64,000 nucleotides of DNA from positions 12,834,001-12,898,000 of the forward strand of contig NC_088857.1 in the NCBI RefSeq assembly GCF_963853765.1, given 5' to 3'. Position 1 is the first letter of the stretch. Every line of letters begins with the position of its first letter. Below the pieces are notes generated by a model, which was given only the letters and a program-made list of their open reading frames with translations, ran no database searches and was not told the origin of the DNA. Positions 49,801 through 63,082 of this stretch are shown in pieces. The stretch comes from Magallana gigas. Its lineage: Eukaryota. Position numbers and translations under genes: made by a program.

Positions 49801-51634
49801 ACAAAAATTGTTGAATCCTAAGTCCTCTGCTCCCCACAAATAGTGTGTGAAGAATTGAGTATTTCAAACACTCCTGGCTGCTAAAGATGATGTACCACTT
49901 CAAATCTAATTTGATTTGAAAAAATCATTGACAGTAGAGGGTACACATTATTATTATTGTTTGATGGTCAATCTACTATTCTGTTTTGAGAAGTGGACAG
50001 GCATAGCCTACATGCTATGCCTGTCCATATCTCAAAACAGAATAGTCAGTCTACATGAATCTTTTTATGGCAGAATTACATTGATTAAATGTGACTTCCT
50101 GGATGCATTTTCTCATACACCTGTGCACAAAAATTTACACATATCTTTGATTTCATATATGAAATATATAGGCAGAAGTCATATCATATAGGTTGATCTT
50201 ATGCAATTTAACCAATTTTTACTCAAACAAAGCAGGTAAATGAGGTATCATTGATTTAGGTGTTTGACCACCAATTTACACAACCAAGTGAGTATTAAAT
50301 CTCCCTCAAATTGTGTCACATGTTCAACCTGATCACCTAAAGTAAAACCACTAGAGCTAGTCACGAACTGTTTGTTTTCTTATAATTCTTTTTACCACCC
50401 CTATATACCCTAACAAAACACGCGTGTTTTACAGTATAGGGTGGTAAAAATGTGAGAAGACAAAAAGTTCGAGACTAGCCCGTGGTTAAATCTACCCATT
50501 TATGAATAGACTATGACTATGAATAAGCCCGTTAAGTACATGAATGCGCTCATAAAACAAATCGGACAGGAGTAAACGTATTTAAGCTGTTAAGCAGGTC
50601 TAGGCAACCTCCGTTTTTGGAGGATAGCTCAATTTCAAGATGGCTGCTGATTTTTACCATATATGGAAAGTCACTTTGCATTGTGGGTGAAATTATCCTC
50701 CATTTTTGGAGGATAGCATGGGTATATTTCAAAGGCTTCGTGCATATCTTTAATGAAAAAATGCAAGCACCAGACCATATGGGAAATAAAGTTAAGGAAA
50801 TAAACTAATGATTGTATGCGGCGATTTGAAATTCTATGTATAGTATTTTCACAATATGCTTTGAAAGTGTGTACTTCCTGTGTTCAGTTTTACAAATGAC
50901 AAAGACTATTTACATCTGTTTAATTTAATCAAAATCACAAAATAGTGATATTTATTCCTCATTAAAACATTAATGACTTCATTCACGTTTAGAGACACAT
51001 AATAGATATCTTGATCTGCTATATTGTACATGTACAAAGTAAATGTTTGCATATACCTTAGGAACTTTGTAGCTCTTATTCAAATTAATTCACAGGTTAT
51101 TAAGTATCATTTAAATTTAATCCCCTTCACACAAAAAGACATTGTTAAATTTTATTAATCAAAATGATACCATTTATAGATATCAAATATCCTGAATAAT
51201 TTATTGAAAAAAAATCTGAGAGTCTTCACATAAAATATTTTCTTTAAAATCAGCCCTGCAATTATTTAAACTTAAATATTTATTAAATATCATCAATAAA
51301 TATAATTATTAATAGCTAAATAAGGTGATATTTTTATTGTCTAATAATTATATTTTATTCATAGTTAACTCCCTTTGTGTAAACAGAGTTAATTGCCCTT
51401 CTTCTGAAAAGATCCACCAGGGGGCGCCAAAATCTATCCTCCAATTTTGGAGGATAAAATCTATCCTCCAAAAACGGAGGTTGCCTAGACCTGTTAAGTG
51501 TGTCACTAAATAAAAAATATGTATTCAACCGACGAACCGAGTGCGCCTCCAAATGTTTTCACCCGGAAATCCTCTAATGTCTTGGGATATGCATCAAACT
51601 GACGTAGTCTTTCATAAAAGTTATTTTCCGACAT
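40877..51634 (-). CDS. ERGIC3: Endoplasmic reticulum-Golgi intermediate compartment protein 3 (389 aa)
   Basis: Exons 51634-51538, 49531-49373, 48963-48841, 47852-47821, 47574-47507, 46825-46602, 46151-46120, 45982-45886, 41982-41918, 41787-41651, 41360-41305, 40956-40877, total 1170 nt. Motifs [77 protein letters not shown]. Confidence 0.96.
42080..42151 (-). tRNA. tRNA-Pro(CGG), intronic in ERGIC3
   Basis: GGCCAAG TG GTCTAGGGGTATGA TTCTCGC TT CGG GT GCGAG AGGTC CCGGG TTCAAAT CCCGG CTTGGCC C. Perfect 7-bp acceptor stem, canonical arms, and an oligo-T terminator 8 nt downstream. Confidence 0.92.
48163..48364. mobile_element. About 200-bp MITE with tactgtatacaggg termini (TA-flanked, Tc1/mariner-like)
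   Basis: tactgtatacaggga...accctgtatacagta. Family members at about 46194-46407, 49098-49324 and 59365-59557. Related tactgta-terminated elements at about 9713-9925 and 23875-24095. Confidence 0.75.
50595..51493 (+). mobile_element. About 900-bp non-autonomous TIR element in ERGIC3 intron 1
   Basis: 33-bp TIRs caggtctaggcaacctccgtttttggaggatag / ctatcctccaaaaacggaggttgcctagacctg, with ttaag duplicated on both flanks. Confidence 0.88.
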
Positions 51635-52240
51635 GATGAAGAATTAAAAAACTTCCCGCTATATCTGATTTGAATGACAGAGGCAACAAATAAATGAACA
51701 GAACGTGTCGGCGAGAAAACAGGATGTTGACATCAATTTCTATCTCTGATTAAAAAAGAGTGTTCAAAGGGGGATAACTCAAAGATCACTTCATAAGTTT
51801 AACCGCACTATTGCTGAAAGTCATATAAATCTACGTGATAAGGAATTATTCTTAAAATATTTTAGATGATCAGTGAAATACGATCGGGCGTGATCAAATC
51901 TATCCTAAATCATTCAAATAAAGCCTGGCATGGTCACAGGATCATGAAAGTCAAACAGCCTTAAACTTGGCCAAAAACTCAGTGTACACTGTCTTAATGA
52001 ATGTCTCTAAAAGGAAAACACCAACAACAATATTGAAATGTTACAAAAAGTATCTTTATATATAACCTTGTTAATTTCTTTCAGTCGTTATTCTATGAAG
52101 GATCAAGTGAACTTTTCTAATCTCTTGTTGTCCGTTGTTCGTCCTTCTTACAGTAACTTTTTACTTTTTGACCTCTTGACTTCGATCTTAACTAGAACCA
52201 CTGGATCAACTACAACCAAACTTGGCATAGGCATCTTTAT

Positions 52241-53025
52241 CAGGTCTAGGCGACCTCCGTTTTTGGAGGATAAGATTTTATCCTCCAAGAGGATAGATGT
52301 TTGCGCCCCCTAATGGATCTTTTCAGATGAAGGGCAGTTAACTCTGTTTTTACAAAGGGAGTTAACTATGAATAAAATATAATTATTATACAATAAAAAT
52401 ATCACCTTATTTAGCTATTAATAATTATATTTATTGATAATATTTGATAAATATTTAAGTTTAAATAATTGCAGGGCTGATTTTAAAGAAAAAATTTTAT
52501 GTGAAGACTCCCACATTTTTTTTCCAATATTCAGGATAATTGATATCTATAAATGGTATCATTTTGATAAATAAAATTTAACAATGTCTTTTTGTGTGAA
52601 GGGGATTAAATTTAAATGATACTTAATAACCTGTGCATTAATTAGAATAAGAGCTTCAATGTTCCTAAGGTATATGCAAACATTTACTTTGTACATGTAC
52701 AATATAGCAGATCAAGATATCTATTATGTGTCTCTAAACGTGAATGAAGTAGTTAATGTTTTAATGAGGAATAAACATCACTATTTTGTGATTTTGATTA
52801 AATGAAACAGATGTAAATAGTCTATGTCATTTGTAAAACTGAACACAGGAAGTACACACTTTCAAAGCATATTGTGAAACTACTAAACATAGAATTTCAA
52901 ATCGCCGCATACAATCAGTAGTTTTTTTCCTTAACTTTATTTCCCATATGGTCTGGTGCTTGCATTTTTTCATTAAAGATATGCACAAAGCCTTTGAAAT
53001 ATACCCATGCTATCCTCCAAAAATG
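52241..53025 (-). mobile_element. Truncated inverted copy of the 50595-51493 element
   Basis: Starts caggtctaggcgacctccgtttttggagga and follows the reverse complement of copy 1 for about 790 bp. The distal TIR is incomplete. Confidence 0.88.
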
Positions 53026-53061
53026 TTTATGGGAGGGGGTTAAAAAGGACAAAACCTTTTT

Positions 53062-53558
53062 AAAAGACTTGGACACGATTTGAGTTTTAAAGAAGTATTT
53101 TTATTTTTTTGTGTATAATATGGTTTACTGGTGCATTTTAAATGATTGACCAAAATATTGAATGTTAAAGTCAAATTACATGCGACATACAGAGGTAAAA
53201 ATTGATCAAGTTGTTTTGTAAACAAAGCTCGAGTCTTATAGTTGTTTACAAAAAAAGTAATGTAGGGAATTACCATTTCTTAGACAAATTGACACGTAAA
53301 AACAATTTAAACTAATTCATATCTTCATAAATTCTACTATCAACAAAAGAAAGATACATTTGATTGAAACTTACACCAATACTATACATATGTAAAAAAT
53401 GACAAAGTATAAATAATATACTCTTTATCTTGCTTATAACTTAATAGTGGACTTTCAATGACATAGCATTATAAACTTCTATATTTATCATTAAAATATT
53501 GAAAATGGAAAAATAAAATTTGAAACTTTTATGTCAAATCGTGTCTAAGTCCCTTTAA
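53062..53558. mobile_element. Kolobok-like MITE
   Basis: gacttggacacgatttg ... caaatcgtgtctaagtccct followed by ttaa. Internal sequence is related to about 38860-39330. Confidence 0.55.
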
Positions 53559-56037
53559 ACAAAATTCTCAGTCAAGGAACCAGAGGGGTTCAAAGTTTAA
53601 CATAGAAATATACGAGAAAAATGTTAATAATAAAAATCTTCTTACAATGCTACACTTTGTGATATTACTATGCAAGGATCATCAGAGATTTTGTAGATTC
53701 TAAATTGTTATGACCATGACCCCAGACCAATACTGTGACCCCAAGATGGTTAAAGCATAACATATAAATAGGCCCTATTTAGGTAAAACCCTTTTTTCTA
53801 TTCTTCTTCTCAAGAGCTACAATTTGTGATACGGTATTAATTACTATGCAAGCATCTCCTAATAGTGCAGATTCTAAATTCTTAAAATCGTGACTCCTAT
53901 GATCAATGTTTGGGCCAGAAGCGGGGTCAACGTTCAACATAGAAGTATAATAAAATCATCTTTCAATTACCATAATGCTACATATTTCGATATTATTATC
54001 AAGCATCCTCAAACTGAAGAGTTTTACATTTTTTTAAAGCTGCTTGGTCCGATTTATTTGTTATTACAGTATCACATTTTTTTTCCATACAAACCATTTA
54101 TCTTAGAAAGTTATGGACTTTCTCCTATTTACACCAGGAGAATCAGTCTCCTTTCAAAGTTAGAAATATTCAAAGTACATAAAAATAATTTCTTGTTGGG
54201 CAAACGAAAAAACAAACCAAAATGCATCACGGGAATGTTTAGAAAAAGAAACCGTTTGGCTTCGTCCCCCGAATGATTGGGATCATTCAACACGCATACT
54301 ATGCATCGATTGTAAAGAAAGGAAACTTCAGAAATATTAGCGAACAAAACGTGCGCATGTTTATTTGTAATTTGTCTGATCATTTCGACCTTTATTTAAA
54401 GCGATGACAAAGTCGTAATACAACCATACCCGTCTCGTCGTCAGGGGTGAAATTTAACATGAGGCGAAATAACGCGGTACCCTTTTATGTCGTTTGTTTT
54501 GTTAGCAAATTTTGTACGTATTTTTCTTCATTGAAATTTGGCTTAATTGACAGGGAAAACTACTGCAATGTCTATTATTATACATATACTTAGCATACCC
54601 ATCGTTTAAAAGCGTGCATAAAATTTTACATAAAATCGGACCAAGCAGCTTTAACATATCGAAAGAGAATGAAAAAAAAACCTGCTGTTCATGTGAGCGA
54701 TGTGACCCATGGGCCCCTTGATTTCATTAGTCAGGAACTGAAGGCGAATTCACTGGAATGACTTTATTTCCGTGCTATTGATACTTGAACAATAAAATGC
54801 TTTTTTGGTGATTCATGCAGGTTGTGAAGTTAGCGATCATTGCAGAAAAAAAAAACCTTACACAACCCACTAACGCGGGTTATATGTATTTTTTTCCTGC
54901 AATGTCGCCACCTTCATATCCTGCATGTGTCACAAAAGAAAGCATTTTATTGTTTAAATGTTTTTATGAGATAAGAAAAGTATGTGTTTTGATTTCCAGT
55001 AGAATAATCTACGTGTATATCTGTATTGGATGTGTAATTATTAACAGATCAACCTTAAGCATGTTAAGTGATAGCTCAAATGATTTCTTAACTGCTAAAT
55101 CAATCGAAATATGAATGTGATAGACATGGAATCAACACGTTTCCAAGAGATCATATCTCTGCAAACTAAAATTAATAATGTCATTTGATAAAGAAATACA
55201 TGGTAGAGTAACAAATTATATAGTTTTTTTAGTTGTTCGTTTAAAGGGGCATGGTCACAATTTTGGTCAAATTTTATTTTTCTGTTTTTATTATTTGCAA
55301 TGCTTTAGGAATGGATTTCTAATGATCAAATGAAATTTTGGTGCCAGTCGTTGAGTTTTAAGCAAGTTACAGGGCTTACAATTCTTCGTCATGTAAACAA
55401 GGCTCGTGCCCTGTTTTTGTTTACATTGGTTCAATTTACCAGTAAAATATCTTTTTAAAGCTGGTTTGTCATCTTATTATAAATTTAAAGCATAAATAAA
55501 CAGTTCCTAACGATTAACACATTTATTTTAGGTCTAAAACTGGAATTTTCACTTTAACATTCAAAATGGAACTCTTTCGAGCATGTTAACTTCCAATAAA
55601 TATCGATTTCTCATCTTGATATTCATGAATCCCAAAGATCATATCAGCACTGATCGATAGGCCATTTATCTGTTACAGACTCTCCTTAGCTTCATGCCGG
55701 ATTTCCCAATATATAACCATGACTCGGGGGCCGCGCTCTTCGCTCGAAGTGTGCATCATATAAGAAAAGAATGATAAATCAATGAAAGCAGAATATGAAG
55801 TTATTCGATGGAGTGAAACGCACTATAGAGATTTCCCCGACTATTTTTTGAAACGGCTTATAGATTACTCGCGAGCGGAGGATTGGACGCCTGAAGTTGG
55901 CAAAGGTCAAGGTCGTATATTGTTGTTTTACAAAATATTTTGGTCATTGATTCAGTTACAACATGGCTGAAAAGAAAGGACGTGTGTTTTGTAAACCTGG
56001 GTGAATAACGTTGTTTTCAGTGTACGATTATTGAATA

Positions 56038-59000
56038 ATGGAGAAATTTAAAATTACTGTTGTAAGACTGTCACTTGGCGTTATTTTGATCGCCAGTGTA
56101 CACGTGTGTTTATGTGCGGAGCAGAATAGTCACGTCGAGGAATTTCATATGGTCCAAGGTATACGATTACTATTAACTCATTCTTACCATTTTTTCCTAG
56201 GACAATTTTTCTATTATTAATATTAATTTGATAAATATAAAATCTGGAATTGAAAAATATACCTATACATGTACTTCATTTTAACAAAGAAAGCAAAACT
56301 TGGAAAGAATTTTGTAAGTTTCTGACCAGAGATGTCAACAGTGACATTTTGGAGTCAAAGTTTGTAGTTAAATAAGTATATGACCAGACCATTGGAATGA
56401 AAAAATATTGAGTCATGTTAGCCGACTAAAGTTTTGTACCTGGCTAAAATACTGTACATCATCTGTAGCTGTAAATCCATTACAGGCACCTATATTTTTA
56501 TCATCAGTCGCTCAATAAGCCAAAAAAAAAAATCTACCCCATCTAAATATAAATACACCTGAATTTTTATCATCAGTTGCTCAATAAGCCAAAAAAAATC
56601 TACCCCTACTTTATATAAATACACCTGAATTTTTATCATCAGTCGCTCAGTAAGCCAAAAAAAAATACTATATATGAATACACCTGAATTTCTATCATCA
56701 GTCACTCAATAAGCAAGAAAACAAAATCTACCCCCACTCTATATAAATACACCTGCATTTTTATTAATCAGTCGATCAATAAGCCAAAAATACAGAAAAA
56801 AATCTACCCCTACTATATATAAATACACCTGAATTTTTATCATCAGTCGCTCAATAAGCCAAAAAAAAAATCTACCCCTACTTTATATAAATACATCTAA
56901 TTTTTTATCTATCAGTCACTCAGTAAGCCAAATATAAAAAAAAATTCTACCTCCTCTTAGTATATATGAATACAATGTATTTATATATAGAGGAGGTAGA
57001 ATTTTTTTATAGTTTGCTTATTGAGCGACTGATTGATAACTGATTGATAATACCTGAATTTTTATCAATCATTCGCTCAATAAGCAAAATACAAAAAAAA
57101 AAACTCCTCTTAGTATAAATACAATGTATTTATATATAGACTAGGTAACATTTTTTTTTTTAATATTTGGCTTATGATTGATAAAAATTCAGGTGCCTGT
57201 GAATCCATTTGCAACACCTGGTAACAAATTATAACATATAATGTCTAGAAAATTTGATTCAGAACTCAATTCGAACTTTTAAGCTTTAAAGAAAGATAAT
57301 GATAGCCACTGACTATAGATATAATATAGGTTTCTGTGGAAAGAAATATAATTGAAGGTTTTATAGAACCATGGAGTCTTGGTGATGCTTGTGATGTCCT
57401 GGTTAACGAACTCTTATTATTATTACAACAATACACACAGGACTGTGGTTGACAGTTCTTACCAATAGAAATCAAGAAACCATGCTGTCTTCAATCTCAG
57501 GACTGTCTGATTCTTAGACATGCAGTTTCTGCTATGATCATTCAAATATATGGATTTCATTTTTGTTTATTTCTGTGTAATGATCTGCATGGTATATTAC
57601 TATCAAAACTATTAATATAGTTTTCTGAACTGAAATTTTATTATTTAATTTTTACATGTAAATTTTAGCCTCATTTGGAACGTATTATTAAGCTTTTTGT
57701 GACTTAATTTTTCTGATCACAGGGTCTGTCATCTGATGACTCTCAATCTGTTAACTTTCATTAAATTTTTCAAATTTTCCCAAGTCACTGCGCCAGTTTC
57801 AACCAAACTATAAAATTTGAACAAACCACCCTATGGTAAATGACTATAACTTGTTAAGACATTTTTAACATGATGTCCCCAAGCCAAGGAGAAATGATAT
57901 GGATGTAATAATATATGACGTGGGTTTTTTTTTCTCAAAGATATTCAGCTCAAAAACCAAAAAAGTTCTTAATATTATAACACTAAACTATTAATGAATT
58001 TGAAAATAAGTAAAACCTTTTAAGGTGAAATAACACACGTCACAAAATGGCTGACCTCTGATTGAAAGGATATTTCTTTTTATTAAAAGGATTTTATCGA
58101 CGTTAACATGTAACTTACTGCATAGCCGAGTGGATAAAGTGTCGGGCTTATGATCCGTACATCCCGAGTTCGAATCCCGCAGGGGCTTTAAATTTGTTGT
58201 TTCTTACTGAATTGAATTTTTTTGATATCCCCAATCTGCAAATTTTTCGCTTATTTGACATATGTACAGTTTATTTATCGTTATAGCTTTCATAATCAAA
58301 TAATTTACTGTTAAGTGACTTTTTTCAGGTGTGTTATTCCACCTTAAATATCACGTATTACGTGACTGAAACAAGATGCCAACATCCCTAGAAACCAATC
58401 ATATTTCACTTCGGTTACAGACAATGCCGATGTTTCAAACTTAGTCTGATCGTGATGCAATAAATTTAATTGCCTTTAATGTACAGGATATAAAAGCAGT
58501 CTCCTACACAAACGTTTCTTCATTTTGATGAAAAAACAACATCACTTCTCAAAATTGTATTAAATTTCAGCAAAATTGCTTATAACACAACTACTTGGTA
58601 CATGTAATTGTTTTATTTGAAAATTTAATTATCTTGTCTAAATGCAAAAATCTTTTAAAGAGTAAAACATGTTTAATACATAAGTTACATAGATTATGCA
58701 TGCAATCCAAGTTTATCCTTGTCAATCTAATTGCAAATGAGGAACATGAAAGTCAATACTCGTATTCATTATGCATTAGAACAGAGGTTTGACATTTTGT
58801 CTTCAGTTTTGATAACTTGATCATGCTGATTTATACACAGTTTTTAAGTAAATGGTTAGAATATTGAAATTCAACTACATACATTAGTTCCAGAAAACAA
58901 GATATCTTTGCTATGTTTTTTTTATTTCAATGTTATGTACCGGTTCATGTAGGCTCACTCAAAAAGTTTATCGATCAGTGTTCTCTCACTGAATCTAAAT

Positions 59001-61257
59001 GGATACATGAACATGACATTTACAAAACAAAAAACAACATTTAAGACATACATACACCATATTAGTGTAGGCTAATATGTATAATTGTATGATTATATCC
59101 ATACAGTCTCAGTGATATAACGCAATCAACAACAAAAAATACATGATTATGGAAGATGATATGTTAACATTTGAGTAAAAATGTAGATTGATAATCTAAT
59201 GCTGTCAGACTTAAAACAGAGTCTACCAAGTCTGTTCACATTGTCTCTCTGTTTTTTGCTTTTTGGGGAGTTTTTTTCACCAAGAAACTCTCCAAAAAAA
59301 AAAGAAAAAAAAAAGGACACACCTTTAGTTGATTTGTAGATGTTTAGTGCAGTTAGCAATGAACTACTGTATACACTCGGGGAAGTATTCGCCCCTTTTT
59401 TGCCCCTTTTGCCCTCATTGTCAGCGGGCGAATTAAAGACTGGGCGAATACCAATGTTCTAATGTATCTCTTAAGTACACATTTGTGTCGGCGCGAATTT
59501 AAGATGGGGCGAAACCATTTGCATGTGTAGAAGGGCGAAAATAACCTTGTATACAGTATTCATTTCATGATTAAACTTCTTACAAAGCATTGCATTTTTT
59601 ATTTTAAATTATTCTTAAAAAGTACAACAAAAGATGTGCTTGAGTGTAATACAAGATTTATTTCATATAATAAGACAAGGGTTTGAAATTGATGAATTAA
59701 TTGCATGTATAATACTTGTTTACCATGTATTTTGCATAGAAATATTGTCTCTTCTAAGAAAAAAAATCATAAATCCAATTAGTTGTCAATGTCTACAGGT
59801 AGAAATTCACCTGTTGATGTACTGCAAGTTATTAATATAATTGAACAGATGGAAATTGATAGAATATCAGTATCAGAGCTCATCTTTCCTCAAAGTCGTC
59901 ACAAAGCCAAGCCTAGTTGATTAGATTGACAGAGTGATACATTTTTCACACTTCAAAGTGTCTTTGTTTAATTACATTTGAGAGGACTTAATAAAGTACA
60001 TTTTACATGTTACATCACTGGCACCTTATTTTTTCACATGACTGCATAGTACCGCGTGGCACTCTTAGCGGTAATCATTTATTCATGAAAGCCTGCCAAC
60101 TGGATACATTGTGGTGGCAGTGTGCAGAACTGAACATGTTCCTACTTTATAAATCCTACTTGCTGCCACGGGCTGTAGAAAATTGGAAAAAGGGGGTGGT
60201 AGTTAAGTCCAGCTATTTCCATGATTACACAAAATTTCCGATTTGTAAAACACATGATAATATTGTGCATGTTTTGAATTTATAGTTTTTTAATGCCTGT
60301 CATACTCCTGGTTGATTTTTTTTTTCATTTTTAAGAGTACATGATTTTATTTTGCAAGGAAATTAAGCAAGATCAATTGATCGTGAGTTTCAGTAGTGAA
60401 TCTTTACAGGAACATATTGCAAGAAAAAAATTGTAATGTTATAAGGCATCTAGGTATTTTCATTATTGGAAAACCATGATCAGTCTGGAGTATCTGTGTC
60501 ATACTGTGAAATTAAGGTGGTTTATGTTGTTATGAAAGTTGTTTTTTTTTTTTAATTCTCAGTTATGTTCACTTTTTAATAAAAGTAATATGCGAGATGT
60601 CTCCAATATAATTTATATTCATCTGATTTTGCCTTTCAAATTTGATCATTTTTTGGATTGCATAAAGTTAAATTTAACTAATTCAAAATGGGGCAATGGA
60701 ATGCATAGTGATAAGGCTCTTCTTAATCAGAAGCAGTATAAAATTAACGGTATGATCTAGATAACTTTGTACATAACCCACTTTTTCATCAGCTGATTCA
60801 AGTTTCTGTACTATTGTAATTCAGACATGTCAAATGTTATGTCTTTTTTGTTTGGTACATACCAAATACATTTTCAAAATTCAGACATGTATCTACATGT
60901 TTAAAGTGTTGCGCACCAATTTACAATCTGCAATTATTTAGACAAAGTGTCACCATTCGAGCATTTTTGTCTCACAAACTTGTTACATGTATGTCAAATG
61001 TTTTTTGGATGAATATGAAAGTAAAATCAACTAATCTACTGTTACAATACATTTGATTGAATGAGTAACAAAATATGTGTGCATTATCAATTTGAGATAC
61101 ATTTATTGTCTTAGATGCATGTATTACCGTAGCCTGTTAGGTTAATATCATGTTAGAATATCAAAATTAAGATTGGTTTTTCAATGGATGTGTTATGATA
61201 ACATTTAAATATGTGGTCTTGTTGCACACTTTAACATTTTGCCAAATCCCCTGCCCC

Positions 61258-61288
<31 letters not shown>

Positions 61289-63082
61289 AACAACAAAAAA
61301 CCTTCACAATCTCTTGTTTTCAAAATTTATATTTACATTCTAAACAGGGCAAAAATAATTGAATTCAAACTATGGAAATAAGCCCTCCCCAACCAATACT
61401 TTAAATGCAAGTGAGTGGGTTACAGTCAGCAATGTGGTCCCCCTAGATCTATTGCTCTGTAATTTTTGTCAGAAATGAGCCCCTGTACTCTTTGCATTTA
61501 TTGCCTATTTGAAGTAAACTTCACTTAATTTATCAGGAGCCACCCACACAACATGACAATTTTTGAAATACTCAGTGCTTCAGTCTGAATCAATATGAGA
61601 GCGACTTCTACTGTTCTTTATTCTCAGTTTATTGGCATCTGATTCTTTGTTATTTTCATCAACGTTATATGAAATTAAGAAAACTTAACCTTACACCAAG
61701 CATTTACATTGCTACAGCTGTTCTGAGGCTTACAAATACATTTTCATTAGTTGTTAAATCTAGTTTAAATATTTTAAATTTCCTGTTATTTGCCTCTTCT
61801 TCTCTTTTTGTGACTAAATTTATTTATATAGACCTCTTATTTCAGATAAATCCTTTTCCAATGTGACAATTTACGACATGGAGGTAACTTGTGGGAAACA
61901 CCGTCCTGGAATGTTTCCTTCCCAGACCTGGACCTGTAATGACATCAGGTATGTTCATCAGATGTGTAATGACATCAGGTACATTCATCAGACCTGTAAT
62001 GACATCAGGTACATTCATCAGACCTGTATTGACATCAGGTACATTCATCAGACCTATATTGACATCAGGTACGTTCATCAGACCTGTAATGACATCAGGT
62101 ACATTCATCAGACATGTAATGACATCAGGTACATTCATCAGACCTGTATTGACATCAGGTACATTCATCAGACCTGTATTGACATCAGATACGTTCATTA
62201 GACCTGTAATGACATTAGGTATGTTCATTAGATCTATATTGACATCAGACGTGTAATGACACCAGGTATGTTTATCAGACTCGTATTGGCATCAGGTACG
62301 TTCATCAAACCTGTATTGACATCAGGTATGTTCATCAGATGTGAATTGACATCAGGTATGTTCATCAGAAGTGTAATGACACCAGGTATGATTACAGACC
62401 TATATTGACATCAGGTCTATAACAAAAATGCAGCGTTGTACTGAGTCAGACATGGAATCATCCAGACTTCTTTTCACAGAACTCTTTGGCCTCTTTTTTG
62501 TGTCAGTTTGATTGATCCACAACCACAGTTTTTTTTGTCGCGACAAATGACCTGTAGTTACAGATTGTTTTTTATGTACACCAGCATGCTCTTTTTTTGA
62601 TTACATCATCGAAGAAGCCCTACAATTTATCAAATGTGCACCAAAAGAATGCTGTTCAATTACTCTTCCTGTGAAGGGTTTGTTTTTGCATCGTAAACGT
62701 GATAAAGCCAGCATCAATAATATGTTCTTGAGACTCTATGGAGCAATTATCCATTGCACAGTTTAGGCTTCAATTTTCCAATTGCAAGAATTTTTGCAAT
62801 TCTCAAATGATAAAAGAACACTTGGTACAAAAATATTTGTAAGCTACACCCCCCCCCCCCCCTTCCCACCTCAAAAACAGAAGACCTGAGAAGATTTCTG
62901 AAATAACTCATTGACTTTATATTTTTTTCAGAGTGAATGGAATGCGGATGGCCTATGGTTACTACCCTGGGCTAGGGGCTGACACCAGATGCACAGAGTC
63001 GGGAGGATTTGATGAACTGAGGCAGCTTTGTTACAAACTAATGGAGTCCATCGCCTCTAACAGACAATTGTGGGGAGCTCAG
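56038..63082 (+). CDS. 5' part of an unidentified multi-exon secreted or membrane protein gene (continues beyond the window)
   Basis: Exon 56038-56158 encodes a signal-like MEKFKITVVRLSLGVILIASVHVCLCA and ends at AG|GTAT. Exon 62932-63082 has a good acceptor and donor and reads VNGMRMAYGYYPGLGADTRCTESGGFDELRQLCYKLMESIASNRQLWGAQ. Candidate intermediate exons are 57367-57447 and 61846-61883. The full phase chain was not resolved. Confidence 0.35.
56482..57200. mobile_element. Foldback/Mutator-like element built of about 62-65-bp tandem units
   Basis: Termini acaggcacc / ggtgcctgt. 9-bp flanks aaatccatt / gaatccatt. Unit aataagccaaaaaaaaatctaccc...tataaatacacctgaatttttatcatcagtcgctc repeated about 7 times, then an inverted arm after a hairpin at about 56940-57008. 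Confidence 0.75.
58024..58343 (+). mobile_element. TTAA-flanked Kolobok-like MITE with tRNA-like cassette
   Basis: TIRs ggtgaaataacacac / gtgtgttattccacc. TTAA at 58020-58023 and 58344-58347. Internal gcatagccgagtggataaag...gagttcgaatcccgc at about 58120-58186. Confidence 0.85.
61931..62415 (+). repeat. 30-bp minisatellite, about 16 copies
   Basis: Unit gacctgtaatgacatcaggtacattcatca, head-to-tail with no spacers, degenerating toward the 3' end. Confidence 0.95.

Larger units (their letters stand above)
52080..54722 (+). mobile_element. Fragmented Helentron/HINE-like element with Cg170-like subrepeats, interrupted by MITEs
   Basis: 5' box-like caagtgaacttttct...gtccgttgttcgtcc at about 52105-52145, degenerate roughly 170-bp units (ctatgcaagcatc...tagattctaaatt) at about 53580-54030, and end motif gtgagcgatgtgacccatgggcc at about 54693-54716. 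Family assignment is from memory of oyster repeats. Confidence 0.45.

Noticed and set aside
61842-62415. 30-bp repeats as a CRISPR array or repeat protein
   Set aside because: Units are directly head-to-tail with no unique spacers, there are no cas genes, and the context is eukaryotic. The ORFs on both strands are repeat artefacts.
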